A DNA stretch of 64,000 bases from IMG/VR virus record IMGVR_UViG_3300002179_000002, positions 1 to 64,000 of that record; one strand, written 5' to 3'. Origin of the DNA: a virus. Its lineage: Duplodnaviria; Caudoviricetes. Under the pieces are notes generated by a model that had not been told where the DNA came from, searched no databases, and saw only the letters and a program-made list of their open reading frames with translations. Positions 1 to 9,445 of the stretch are shown piece after piece (the stretch's first letter is position 1; each line of letters opens with the position of its first letter). Made by a program: the position numbers and the translations under genes.

Positions 1-1755
1 TATGGTACGGGGGAAAATCCAATTATTACAGGTTTTACTACTGTTACTGCCTGGACGAATTTAGGTGGCAATATTTGGGAAAGCACTTCAGCTGTATCAA
101 CGCTTTCAACTTGCAATATGGTTGTTATAAATGGAGTAAATACTCCAATGGGGCGTTATCCTAATGCTGATGCAGCTAATGGAGGATATTTAACGTATCA
201 ATCTCATTCTGGAAAAACCTCAATTACAAGCAGTAGTTTAACAGGTACGACTGACTGGACAGGGGCAGAGGTAGTTGTACGTACTGTGCAATGGATTTTA
301 GATAGATCTTTTGTTACATCTCAATCAGGAAACACATTAACATACAGTCCATACGTAAGTACTTTTACACCAACAGATGGTTTTGGTTTTTTTATTCAAA
401 ACGATACCCGAACTCTTGATCAGCAAAATGAATGGTATTACAACCCTTCTACTAAAAAGATAAGAGTTTATAGTACAAGCATTCCAACAAATATACAGGT
501 AGCTTCTCAGGATGTTTTGGCGACTATTCATGCTGCGTTTATTACCATCGATGGACTTTCGTTTACGGGCGCCAATAGATATTCTATTCTTACTGAATAT
601 GGTGGGTTGAGGGATATTATTTTAAAAAATTGCACAGTCAATTTTAGTGGAATAGAAGGGATTCAATTAGGTACTCCTTATAGTACTATTGAAAATTGTA
701 TCATATCAAACTCAAATAGTACTGGCGTTAATCTGATTTATGATGTTGAATATTCTACAATAAGAAATAATACTATTCAAAATACAGGAATTTATCCAGG
801 AATGGGTGAAACTGGAGTAAGCGGTCGCGTGGGTATTTTGAAAGCAAATTCATACAAGGGGTTAATTATAGAATATAATAGAATCATAAAAACAGGCTAT
901 AATGGAATATATTTTTCAGGGGATTCCGCACTTATAAAAAATAACTTTATAGATACTTTTTGTACAGTTCTTCAAGATGGAGGCGGTATATATACAGGCG
1001 GTTTATCTTATGGTAACGTAATAACAGGAAATATTGTATTAAACGGGATTGGAGCTTTTGCAGGAACCAATAGTACAAGTTACACTCCTGCCAATGGTAT
1101 TTATATGGATGACAATGCTAAAAATGTAGAAATAACGGACAACACAATGGCTAATTGTGCGGGTAATGGTATTTTGCTTCATAATGCAAGTTATATCACA
1201 ATTACTAGTAACACTGTTTACAATAATAAGATACAATTTTACACACAGGATGATGCTACTAATGATGCTATTACAAATTGTTTACTTACGAACAATATAT
1301 TTTTGTCTAAAGATGCAAATCAGTATGTTGTAAATTTAATAACTTTACAGGCGACACTTCCAACGATGGGTACGTTTGATAATAATTATTACGCAAGACC
1401 AATAGATGATAATCAGACGTTTTATCTTCAGCCTAATGGGTGGAGTAATCCCCTATATCATTACACACTTACACAATGGCAGGCCTATTCAGGTCAGGAT
1501 GCCAATTCCCACAAATCACCTCAAGCAATTACTATGACAGACGATTTGCAATTTGAATATAATGCCACTACAACAGCAAAAACAGTAACATTAAGTCGTC
1601 CAATGATTGATGTGAAAGGAACTAAATACGCCATATCTGTGACCTTGCAACCTTATACATCAGTAGTACTAATGGTTGATCAGCATCCATTTGCTAGTCC
1701 TGTATTTCACAATGGTTCACCCCTGTTTCATAATGGGGTAATAATAACTTATTAA
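1..1755 (+). CDS. Right-handed parallel beta-helix (pectin-lyase-like) protein, 5' truncated by the window edge
   Basis: Frame 1 is open from base 1 (YGTGENPIITG...) into the 545-aa ORF. PbH-type repeats (IENCII, IRNNTI, ITGNIV, DGGGIYT, GIYMDD). Confidence 0.8.
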   Translation, partial: YGTGENPIITGFTTVTAWTNLGGNIWESTSAVSTLSTCNMVVINGVNTPMGRYPNADAANGGYLTYQSHSGKTSITSSSLTGTTDWTGAEVVVRTVQWILDRSFVTSQSGNTLTYSPYVSTFTPTDGFGFFIQNDTRTLDQQNEWYYNPSTKKIRVYSTSIPTNIQVASQDVLATIHAAFITIDGLSFTGANRYSILTEYGGLRDIILKNCTVNFSGIEGIQLGTPYSTIENCIISNSNSTGVNLIYDVEYSTIRNNTIQNTGIYPGMGETGVSGRVGILKANSYKGLIIEYNRIIKTGYNGIYFSGDSALIKNNFIDTFCTVLQDGGGIYTGGLSYGNVITGNIVLNGIGAFAGTNSTSYTPANGIYMDDNAKNVEITDNTMANCAGNGILLHNASYITITSNTVYNNKIQFYTQDDATNDAITNCLLTNNIFLSKDANQYVVNLITLQATLPTMGTFDNNYYARPIDDNQTFYLQPNGWSNPLYHYTLTQWQAYSGQDANSHKSPQAITMTDDLQFEYNATTTAKTVTLSRPMIDVKGTKYAISVTLQPYTSVVLMVDQHPFASPVFHNGSPLFHNGVIITY

Positions 1756-1881
1756 ATGATAATACTAATAATATTCGCAATAAGTTGGCTTTGGATTGGA
1801 TGGGAATTAAAGCATCCATTGAGATACGAAGATTTGCCTGATGGGTGGACTAAGGTTGAAACAAGAAATACAATAGACTAA
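1756..1881 (+). CDS. Small single-TM hypothetical protein (41 aa)
   Basis: ATG directly after the upstream TAA; MIILIIFAISWLWIGWELKHP... Translated by hand, not in the ORF track. Confidence 0.5.
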   Translation: MIILIIFAISWLWIGWELKHPLRYEDLPDGWTKVETRNTID

Positions 1882-1894
1882 ACTATACTAATAT

Positions 1895-3298
1895 ATGAAG
1901 AAAATACTTTTAACGTTATTACTATCATTGGTAGTAACGTTTTCTTTTTCACAAAAGAATCCTCCAGTAGGGTCAACTTTTAAGACTATAAGTAACCCTT
2001 CATTTGGCTATAACACATTAGATTCAGTTGTATGGATATATAAAGGAGTCACCTATAAATGGACTGATCTTGCTTCAATGGATAAGTTGAAACACAATAT
2101 TGATTCAGTGATGTTACTTGTATATAAGAAAGCACAGGTTGATGCAATGGTAGCAGGTAAAGCTCCAGCAACAGGTTCAACCTTCTATATATGGAATCAA
2201 AAAACAGTACCTCAGAATGCTAATATAAACATTGCAGGTTCTATTAATTCAGGGCAGGGATATTTCTTCAATGGGGCAATGGGTTTGAAGAGTGACTTGA
2301 ACTACAATACAACACTTGGTTCAGCTGCACTGGATTCAATAACTATATATGGAGTAAATAATACAGGCTCTGGAGCATATGCATTAAGATCAGCTAAGTA
2401 TGCCAATGGTAATACTGCCAATGGATACTCAGCTCTGTATCATAACCAGAATGGGAATTATAATACATCAGTAGGACAAGAAGCAGGGAGTCATATAACA
2501 GATGGAATTACTGGGGCAAGAAATTTAAACAACTGTATTTATATAGGGGCATTCACAAGAGCCAAACTTGATAGTATTGAGAATGAAATAGTGATAGGGA
2601 CATATGGAGTAGGTAATGGTTCGAATACGACAACCATAGGTACAGATTTGACTACTGACACCTATTTAAAAGGAAATGTGAGAGGGAAAACTTTCATAGC
2701 AGAAAACGGTTTAAATACAGAGTTTCTAAAGGCAGATGGAAGCAAAGATAGCACTTTATATAAGGCAGCTAACGATAGTGTGTTAGACAAAGGCTTTTAC
2801 ACCAATTTCAAGGCATTAAGCAAAATAAATACTTCTGACAGGGGTGCTTTAAACGGTGTGGCTTCACTCGTAAATGGTAAAGTACCTCTATCTCAAATGA
2901 ATGCAGCTTTAATAGGTGCAGTCAAATATCAAGGAGTTTACAATGCAGCTACAAATACACCCTCTATCCCAAACGCAGACACAACTAAAGGTTGGTACTA
3001 TATTGTAAACACGGCAGGAACTCAATCAGGACTAACTTATGGGGTAGGTGACTGGATTATCTCAAATGGAGTTCAATGGGGGAGAGTAAAAACCACAGCC
3101 TATTCAATAATGTATGAAATCTCAGTCACAACTTCTGGGGTGACTACTTTTATGATCCCATTTCCACTCACAGATATTTCCAACGTTTTTTACAATGGCA
3201 ATTCAATTTCGAGTGATATTTGGTCAGGGGTAGGCACTACCTCAATTACCTTACAGGCAGATACAAGGACTTACGATAAAATAAAAATACAGAACTAA
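1895..3298 (+). CDS. Signal-peptide-bearing fibre/adhesin-like protein
   Basis: Sec signal MKKILLTLLLSLVVTFSFS|Q; NTxxGxxAL repeats; FLKADG and YQGVYNAATNTP fibre-type modules. Confidence 0.65.
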   Translation: MKKILLTLLLSLVVTFSFSQKNPPVGSTFKTISNPSFGYNTLDSVVWIYKGVTYKWTDLASMDKLKHNIDSVMLLVYKKAQVDAMVAGKAPATGSTFYIWNQKTVPQNANINIAGSINSGQGYFFNGAMGLKSDLNYNTTLGSAALDSITIYGVNNTGSGAYALRSAKYANGNTANGYSALYHNQNGNYNTSVGQEAGSHITDGITGARNLNNCIYIGAFTRAKLDSIENEIVIGTYGVGNGSNTTTIGTDLTTDTYLKGNVRGKTFIAENGLNTEFLKADGSKDSTLYKAANDSVLDKGFYTNFKALSKINTSDRGALNGVASLVNGKVPLSQMNAALIGAVKYQGVYNAATNTPSIPNADTTKGWYYIVNTAGTQSGLTYGVGDWIISNGVQWGRVKTTAYSIMYEISVTTSGVTTFMIPFPLTDISNVFYNGNSISSDIWSGVGTTSITLQADTRTYDKIKIQN

Positions 3299-3299
3299 G

Positions 3300-5258
3300 A
3301 TGAAAAAAATACTAAGTTTTTTAATAGCAGTTTTACTGAGTGTTAACATTTACGCTCAAACTTCACCTATTATCTCAGTAAGAATAGCCAATGCTACTAC
3401 TGCACTAAATCAGAACTTCTCGGTAGGGAATGAAATTTATGATGTAGCAACTAAGAAAATATGGAGGGTGAATACTGCATTGACTTCTTCTTATACCATA
3501 ACTACAGCTTTGGCAGCAGGGTATATAGATTTAGTTAATGGTGGTGGTACGGTAACTTCTGTAGCTGCTTTAACCTTAGGTACAACAGGAACAGATTTAA
3601 GTAGTACAGTAGCAACGGGAACTACAACACCTGTAATTACCCTACAAGTACCTACTGCAAGTGCTTCTAATAGAGGTGCTTTAAGTGCTGCCGACTGGAC
3701 TACATTTAATAATAAACAAGCAGCAGGTAGCTACAAGCTAAGCAATGATAGTACAGCGGGTTATGGGTTTTACACCAACTTTAAAGCATTATCAAAAAAG
3801 GATAAATCTGACAGTATAGGCACTGATGGGTATGTTCGTAGGGACAGACTAACTTCATCTTTAGCCACAAAACTAAATTACAGAACTTTTGGTAGTGCTG
3901 CAAATTCGGCAACAACTGATTTTATTGCAGCCGTAACACCCTCGACAAGTGGCAACGTATTAACTTCAGATGGTTCAGCTTGGACTAGTGCTGCTTTACC
4001 TGCTTTTAACACTCCTAATTCCCTAACCTTTAACAATTCAGGTTCAGGTGATGCAAGTGGTGGTACTTTTAATGGTTCAGCAGCTAAGACTATTTCATAT
4101 AATAGTATTGGGGCTCTTGCTTTGCACGGAGTTGCTGATAATTCAGGTCAATGGCAGGGTGTAGCGGGTAATTTCACAGGACTTCAAGCATCAGGATTAA
4201 CAGATGGAATATTAGGGGAAGCTGCCGATGGAACTGTTTATAGGTTTAATTCTACTGCGGTTTTATCATATATTGGTGCTGCTCCTGCTGTAAGTGGTGG
4301 TTATCTCCCCCTATCAGCAGGTAGTGGTCAGGCTTTGACTGGTATGCTTTATGGAGTTGTTGCCACCTTTTCATCAACCGTTGCAGCTAGTCAGTTTAAT
4401 GCTTCGAGCTCAATTAGTACACCTGTAATCACTATAACAACAGGTGCAGTAGATGGATACTTTCTAAAAACAAACGGTTCAGGGGTTGCAACATGGGCGG
4501 CAGTAGCAACAAGTCAAGTTTATAAAGGAACATGGAATGCAAATACGAACACTCCGACACTTGCAAATGGCACAGGAACGGCAGGATGGTTTTATAGGTG
4601 TACAACAGCAGGTACTACAAATTTTGGTGCAGGTGGAATAGCCTTTAATGTAGGTGATGACGCAAGTTACAATGGTACTATTTGGGAGAGAATACCTGCC
4701 GCAGTAATTACAGGTAATGCCTTGACAAAAACAGACGATACAAATGTAACTTTAACTTTAGGAGGTTCGGCTTCAACTTCGCTATTAAATGCAGCAAGTA
4801 TAACAGTTGGATGGACAGGAACTTTAGCAAATGCAAGGTTAACTAATTCAAGTCTTACTATTGGTTCAACTAATATTGCATTAGGTGCAACAGCAACAAC
4901 TATTGCAGGACTAACTTCTGTTACATCAACTGGATTTACAGGTGCATTAACTGGAACATCAACAGGTTTAGCGGCAGCCTATATTGATTGGAATGCAACT
5001 TCGGGAGGTACTTTTATTCAAAACAAACCTACACTTTACAACGACCATCTCAAAACTCAGAAATTTGCAGAAGCTGCAAGTGGTTCAACAGGTCAAGTAA
5101 ACACGCTTTCAAATACACCAAAAGATGCAACAGGCGTAAGGGTTTCCCTAAATGGTTCAACACTTGACCCTGCAAATTATACTGTAAGTGGCGCAACAGT
5201 TCAAGTTACACTTCCTGTATATGCTTATGATGTCGTAACTATCTCATTCTTATATTAA
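3300..5258 (+). CDS. Signal-peptide-bearing tail-fibre-like protein
   Basis: Signal MKKILSFLIAVLLSVNIYA|Q; GTVTSVA, GALSAADWTTFNNK, GNVLTSDG, YLPLSAG and YKGTWNANTNTP motifs; T/G/S/A-rich. Confidence 0.65.
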   Translation: MKKILSFLIAVLLSVNIYAQTSPIISVRIANATTALNQNFSVGNEIYDVATKKIWRVNTALTSSYTITTALAAGYIDLVNGGGTVTSVAALTLGTTGTDLSSTVATGTTTPVITLQVPTASASNRGALSAADWTTFNNKQAAGSYKLSNDSTAGYGFYTNFKALSKKDKSDSIGTDGYVRRDRLTSSLATKLNYRTFGSAANSATTDFIAAVTPSTSGNVLTSDGSAWTSAALPAFNTPNSLTFNNSGSGDASGGTFNGSAAKTISYNSIGALALHGVADNSGQWQGVAGNFTGLQASGLTDGILGEAADGTVYRFNSTAVLSYIGAAPAVSGGYLPLSAGSGQALTGMLYGVVATFSSTVAASQFNASSSISTPVITITTGAVDGYFLKTNGSGVATWAAVATSQVYKGTWNANTNTPTLANGTGTAGWFYRCTTAGTTNFGAGGIAFNVGDDASYNGTIWERIPAAVITGNALTKTDDTNVTLTLGGSASTSLLNAASITVGWTGTLANARLTNSSLTIGSTNIALGATATTIAGLTSVTSTGFTGALTGTSTGLAAAYIDWNATSGGTFIQNKPTLYNDHLKTQKFAEAASGSTGQVNTLSNTPKDATGVRVSLNGSTLDPANYTVSGATVQVTLPVYAYDVVTISFLY

Positions 5259-5262
5259 TAAC

Positions 5263-5904
5263 ATGAAAAAGATTTTAATATTATTGCTATTTATTAGCAC
5301 AATTTCATTTGCACAAGTCACGCCTTCGGGTAATGTAAGGGTTGCAGACAGTGTAACTACTTTCGGAGAGACAATCCCAAGGGGAAAGATTATAACCAAT
5401 GCCAATAATGGTAATGTGTATTCTGCATTTCTAGGACTGGCTTCTACAAAAACCTTAAACACCTGTACATTAAATTCAGAATTGATTTTGATAGGTGGTA
5501 TCAATAAATTCATAAACAATGGAACCTCTGCCCAACCTGCTAATTTTAACATAACAGGAAACGGAGTTTTGGGTGGCTCAATCACAGCAGCAGGTGGTGG
5601 CTTTAACTCACTAAGAAGTCTAAAAAATGTACATAAAGATTGGACAGGTTCAGCTACTTTTGAACTTTCTAAATTTAAACCACGAGTTTTTAACTACAAG
5701 CAACGACCCGAAACTGACACTACATTTGCTTTTATTATTGACGAAATTCCTGCAAGTATAAGAAATTATATTTTAATGAATAATGGTTCTGCTATTAATA
5801 TCTACTCTTTGCATGGTTTTGAGATAAAAGCTATTCAGGAATTAACTAAAGAAAACCAAGATTTAAAAGCAAGGATTGAGAAACTTGAAAAGTTAATAAA
5901 ATGA
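5263..5904 (+). CDS. Signal-peptide protein with C-terminal peptidase S74-like intramolecular chaperone domain
   Basis: Signal MKKILILLLFISTISFA|Q; SLRSLKNV...FKPRVFNYK...IKAIQELTKENQDLKARIEKLEK. Confidence 0.7.
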   Translation: MKKILILLLFISTISFAQVTPSGNVRVADSVTTFGETIPRGKIITNANNGNVYSAFLGLASTKTLNTCTLNSELILIGGINKFINNGTSAQPANFNITGNGVLGGSITAAGGGFNSLRSLKNVHKDWTGSATFELSKFKPRVFNYKQRPETDTTFAFIIDEIPASIRNYILMNNGSAINIYSLHGFEIKAIQELTKENQDLKARIEKLEKLIK

Positions 5905-7175
5905 GAAAGTTACTTTTAATAGGGTTACTGTTTTTAAGTCTATTTGCTCAGGCTCAATTTGGGTGGTCGGGGTTGAGTTCTAATCAGTGGGTAAGTTCAT
6001 TGGATGCACAAGGCAGTGGGATTTATCAGAAAGTGCCAATGCCTAACGGAATAAATTGGATGACAAAACAGGTTGCTTTGTATTATTTGGATTTAAATCC
6101 TTCATATTTAAGTGCATTTACCGACAACCAATGGGTTCCTAAAGTAGATTTAGTGGCAAGCGGACACACACCATTTAATACCTTAAGCTGGTCATTTACG
6201 GAAGATAGTTGGATTACAGATGCGTATATGACAATTCAAAAAAACTATACACTAATGTTTACCGCCACAACCTATTCTTCTGGCTCCTTTACCGTTAATG
6301 ATGGAGATAATATCATAGTAACAGTGCGCTCGGCAAATAGTGGGAGTAATGGGAATGGTGCGACAATTAATATAGCTGGGAATAATGGACTTACCTATAA
6401 CAGTTCAGTATCTGGGTATAGTCAGACGATAACATATTCGTTTACTTGGCATTCTGTTAATGATGCAGTTGTAGTTCAAGGAATAATAGAAGGGTTGGGA
6501 GCATATTATACTAGCAACGCTTATTCATTTGACAGAATTAAAAGTGATTGTTCTTCTGGGTATGCCGGTTCTATAGTTACGTATGCTATATCTGCGGGCA
6601 AGTATGGATCATTCCTCAGTCAGGTAGATGCGGATAATCAGGCTTATTTAGATGTATATTATAATTCACAGGCATACGCAAACGCCAATGGTAGTTGTAC
6701 TGCTATCCCTTCGGGAGGATCAGGATGCACAAACTCTTTGACGGTATCATACAACCCAAGTCCCGCACAAGATTATGGGGATGCAGACGTATATTTGGCA
6801 TATATATCAGTTAATGGATACGTAATGGACTCGAAAGAAACACATACAGTCTCAATACATGATGGAGACTCTATTGTACTAAAAATACACATGCCACCTT
6901 CTGATAAAGGTATAACAGGGGTGAATATTAACTATAAGGATGATAGCAATAAGCCATTATTAAGTATTGCTAGTGTAATAGTGGGTGCAACAGGTGGTTT
7001 AGCCGGAGTGATATTGAGTTTATTCCAAAACTTTTTATCTTTTGAGTTAGCAAAGGGAACAACTACCAGTATCCACAATATAGTTATTGACCCCTACGAC
7101 ATATGGATTAGAGAAAAATATAGCTGTGACAAAGGGAATGTAAAGATAATTATTAATAACATGATTTATTTATAA
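5901..7175 (+). CDS. Signal-peptide protein with one DUF5977-like domain
   Basis: Signal MRKLLLIGLLFLSLFAQA|Q; KSDCSSGYAGSIVTY...SQVDADNQA...QAYANANGSC. Confidence 0.7.
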   Translation: MRKLLLIGLLFLSLFAQAQFGWSGLSSNQWVSSLDAQGSGIYQKVPMPNGINWMTKQVALYYLDLNPSYLSAFTDNQWVPKVDLVASGHTPFNTLSWSFTEDSWITDAYMTIQKNYTLMFTATTYSSGSFTVNDGDNIIVTVRSANSGSNGNGATINIAGNNGLTYNSSVSGYSQTITYSFTWHSVNDAVVVQGIIEGLGAYYTSNAYSFDRIKSDCSSGYAGSIVTYAISAGKYGSFLSQVDADNQAYLDVYYNSQAYANANGSCTAIPSGGSGCTNSLTVSYNPSPAQDYGDADVYLAYISVNGYVMDSKETHTVSIHDGDSIVLKIHMPPSDKGITGVNINYKDDSNKPLLSIASVIVGATGGLAGVILSLFQNFLSFELAKGTTTSIHNIVIDPYDIWIREKYSCDKGNVKIIINNMIYL

Positions 7176-7200
7176 AATTTATTACTTTTACAATAAAAAC

Positions 7201-7293
7201 ATGAGAAAAACAATTTTAACATTCCTATTAGTAGCGACAAGTCTCGCACTGATGGCACAGAAACCCGATTCAATTCAGGTTTACACAATATAA
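7201..7293 (+). pseudogene. Signal-peptide-only gene remnant (30 aa)
   Basis: MRKTILTFLLVATSLALMA|QKPDSIQVYTI*, the same signal+Gln pattern as the neighbours, but it stops 11 aa after the cleavage site. Confidence 0.45.
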
Positions 7294-7358
7294 TTAAATT
7301 TTAAAACAACAATAATTTTATTTAATTTTATAAAGTAAAAATTTAAAAATAGACAATT

Positions 7359-7724
7359 ATGAACAGCACAATTTTAAAAGGATTATTAGCAACAGTATTT
7401 ATGTTTGTATTAGCAACTATACAAGCATCAGGCTTCCCTGTAACAACAGTAGGGTGGGAAGTTTTAGGTATTACTACACTCGGTACAGTTTTAGTATACG
7501 TAGGTCAGAGTATGTGGTTAGTCACAACATCTGTAGCAGGAGCTATTAACTGGAAGGATATTATTAAAGGTGCAGTTATCATGATAGGTAATAGTTTTGC
7601 CACAGTAGCAGCAGCAACTTTAACAGGTACACTGGTTGATGTAAAAACACTTCTATATGGATTAGGTGCAATACTTGTAGTATATATCAGCAAACAGTTT
7701 GCTGTAAAACCTCCGAAAGCCTAA
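7359..7724 (+). CDS. Multi-TM membrane protein, possible holin/antiholin
   Basis: About 4 hydrophobic segments; directly upstream of the lysis genes. Confidence 0.55.
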   Translation: MNSTILKGLLATVFMFVLATIQASGFPVTTVGWEVLGITTLGTVLVYVGQSMWLVTTSVAGAINWKDIIKGAVIMIGNSFATVAAATLTGTLVDVKTLLYGLGAILVVYISKQFAVKPPKA

Positions 7725-7737
7725 GTAATTAAATATC

Positions 7738-7774
7738 TTGGAGACTTCTGAAATATGGAGTCTCCAATTATTTT
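7738..7774 (+). terminator. Intrinsic terminator
   Basis: TTGGAGACTTC-8nt-GGAGTCTCCAA stem (one G-U pair) followed by TTATTTT. Confidence 0.65.
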
Positions 7775-7782
7775 GGACAGCA

Positions 7783-8235
7783 ATGAGTATAAACATGACC
7801 AACCCGATGCCATATAGATTAACACCTTGGGTAGACATTCTTAAAGAACTTCTTAGTACACTTGTAGCATTTGTATTCCTGTTCTTAGCACCTATTAAAG
7901 ATTATGTCTATCTAGTCTTCGGACTTATCATTTTAGATTTCATTACAGGGAGTTATGCATCATATAGAGATGGTGAACACTTCACTGCTAAAAAAATGAG
8001 AAGAACTATTGAAAAATTTTTCTTCTATTCAATAGCTATTATATCAGCTTACATTCTACAGAAGATAATAGACGATGGGATTGAATGTCCAAGAATAGTG
8101 GCTCTGTTTATAGGGGCAACAGAATTAAAATCAATCTATGAGAATATAAGTAGAATAACAGGCGTATCAGTGTTTAAAGTAATTTGGACTTCTATAAAAG
8201 ATAAAGTGGATGGGTTGTTTACTAAAATAAAATAA
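7783..8235 (+). CDS. Holin (phage holin 4-like); start at 7783 or 7795
   Basis: LDFITG...KKMRRTIEK...ELKSIYENI pattern with 3 TMs. The TTG start at 7738 lies inside the terminator hairpin. Confidence 0.75.
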   Translation: MSINMTNPMPYRLTPWVDILKELLSTLVAFVFLFLAPIKDYVYLVFGLIILDFITGSYASYRDGEHFTAKKMRRTIEKFFFYSIAIISAYILQKIIDDGIECPRIVALFIGATELKSIYENISRITGVSVFKVIWTSIKDKVDGLFTKIK

Positions 8236-8236
8236 C

Positions 8237-8842
8237 ATGACAAATAAAACGTGGACATGGATTGGAGTTGCTCTTATATTTTTATTGGGAGCATTTTCAT
8301 TTTGGGGATTAAACAAGATATTTACTCCTTCACCACCAGTAGTGAAATCAGATACAATAAAAATTACAAACACCGATACAATTAGATTTAAAGTAAAAGA
8401 TACTATTTATAAAAAAATAATAAAAAGTGATACAATTACAAAGAAAATATGGGTACACGATACAGTAATGTCACATACTGATTCTATAAAGATAATTAGA
8501 GCATTTTTCAAAAAAACAGGTATAAATAGAATAATATTAGATAATGACACTATTTATTTAGAATTGAGAGATAGTATTACTCAGAATCAGATTATCTCAA
8601 GTGTAGGTAAATATGTCTGGAAACTTGCAACACAAACAATAAATAACAATCCACAACAACCATTAGCAAATATGTTGTTCATTGGAGGTGGTTTAGGAGC
8701 GAATATAGACTTGTTTTCTCTTAATGGTAGGATAACATTCAAAACAAAAAAGAATGTGTTATACACACCAGAGATTGAATATATACCTGTATTAAGCAAG
8801 CACCCTATATTCAAGTTCGCAGTACAATTTAAAATTTGGTAA
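8237..8842 (+). CDS. Membrane-anchored lysis accessory protein, spanin candidate
   Basis: N-terminal TM, DTI/DTV repeats, C-terminal amphipathic strands ending in W; lies between holin and endolysin. Confidence 0.5.
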   Translation: MTNKTWTWIGVALIFLLGAFSFWGLNKIFTPSPPVVKSDTIKITNTDTIRFKVKDTIYKKIIKSDTITKKIWVHDTVMSHTDSIKIIRAFFKKTGINRIILDNDTIYLELRDSITQNQIISSVGKYVWKLATQTINNNPQQPLANMLFIGGGLGANIDLFSLNGRITFKTKKNVLYTPEIEYIPVLSKHPIFKFAVQFKIW

Positions 8843-8845
8843 TAG

Positions 8846-9289
8846 ATGAGACACTATTCATTATCACTAGCAGGGGAGAGATTTATAAAAGGGTTTGAAC
8901 AACTAAGATTGACAGCCTATCATGATGAGGGAGGCAAGCCAACTATTGGATGGGGAACAACATATTATCCAAATGGAAATAGCGTCCAGATGGGAGACAC
9001 TTGTACAACAGAACAGGCTGAGATCTATTTCATGCATGACATTGACAAGTTTGATGATGATATTAATAAAAAACTATTAATGGACATTAAACAGAATCAG
9101 TTTGATTCAATGGTGTCACTATGGTATAACTGTGGTGGAAGCAGAACAATAATGTCATATATTAATGCTAAGGTCCAACCAACAGTAATATATAATTGGT
9201 GGTGTAACCATTATATTACTGCAGCTGGTAAAAAGAGCAATGGCTTGATAAGAAGAAGAAAAGCAGAAGCAGACAATTTTATGAAATAA
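8846..9289 (+). CDS. Endolysin, GH24 (T4-type) lysozyme
   Basis: FEQLRLTAYHDEGGKPTIGWG (E-x8-D-x5-T triad), QNQFD, GLIRRRKAE. Confidence 0.92.
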   Translation: MRHYSLSLAGERFIKGFEQLRLTAYHDEGGKPTIGWGTTYYPNGNSVQMGDTCTTEQAEIYFMHDIDKFDDDINKKLLMDIKQNQFDSMVSLWYNCGGSRTIMSYINAKVQPTVIYNWWCNHYITAAGKKSNGLIRRRKAEADNFMK

Positions 9290-9295
9290 AAAACA

Positions 9296-9445
9296 ATGAG
9301 TAAAGAGCACCTACATAATGACCCTATCAGATTTCCGAATTTACAGGCACCTATTGAAAATAGACTTATCAAAATGCATGAAAATAAAATGAAAGAGATG
9401 ATGGTAGATATAACAAGAGAACTTGTAAAACAAAAGAGTAAATAA
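9296..9445 (+). CDS. Small hypothetical protein (49 aa)
   Basis: MSKEHLHNDPIRFP...; TAATG overlap with the next gene. Confidence 0.55.
   Translation: MSKEHLHNDPIRFPNLQAPIENRLIKMHENKMKEMMVDITRELVKQKSK

Noticed and set aside
7738-7782. TTG start for the holin
   Set aside because: It falls within a terminator hairpin; ATG at 7783 or 7795 is more plausible.
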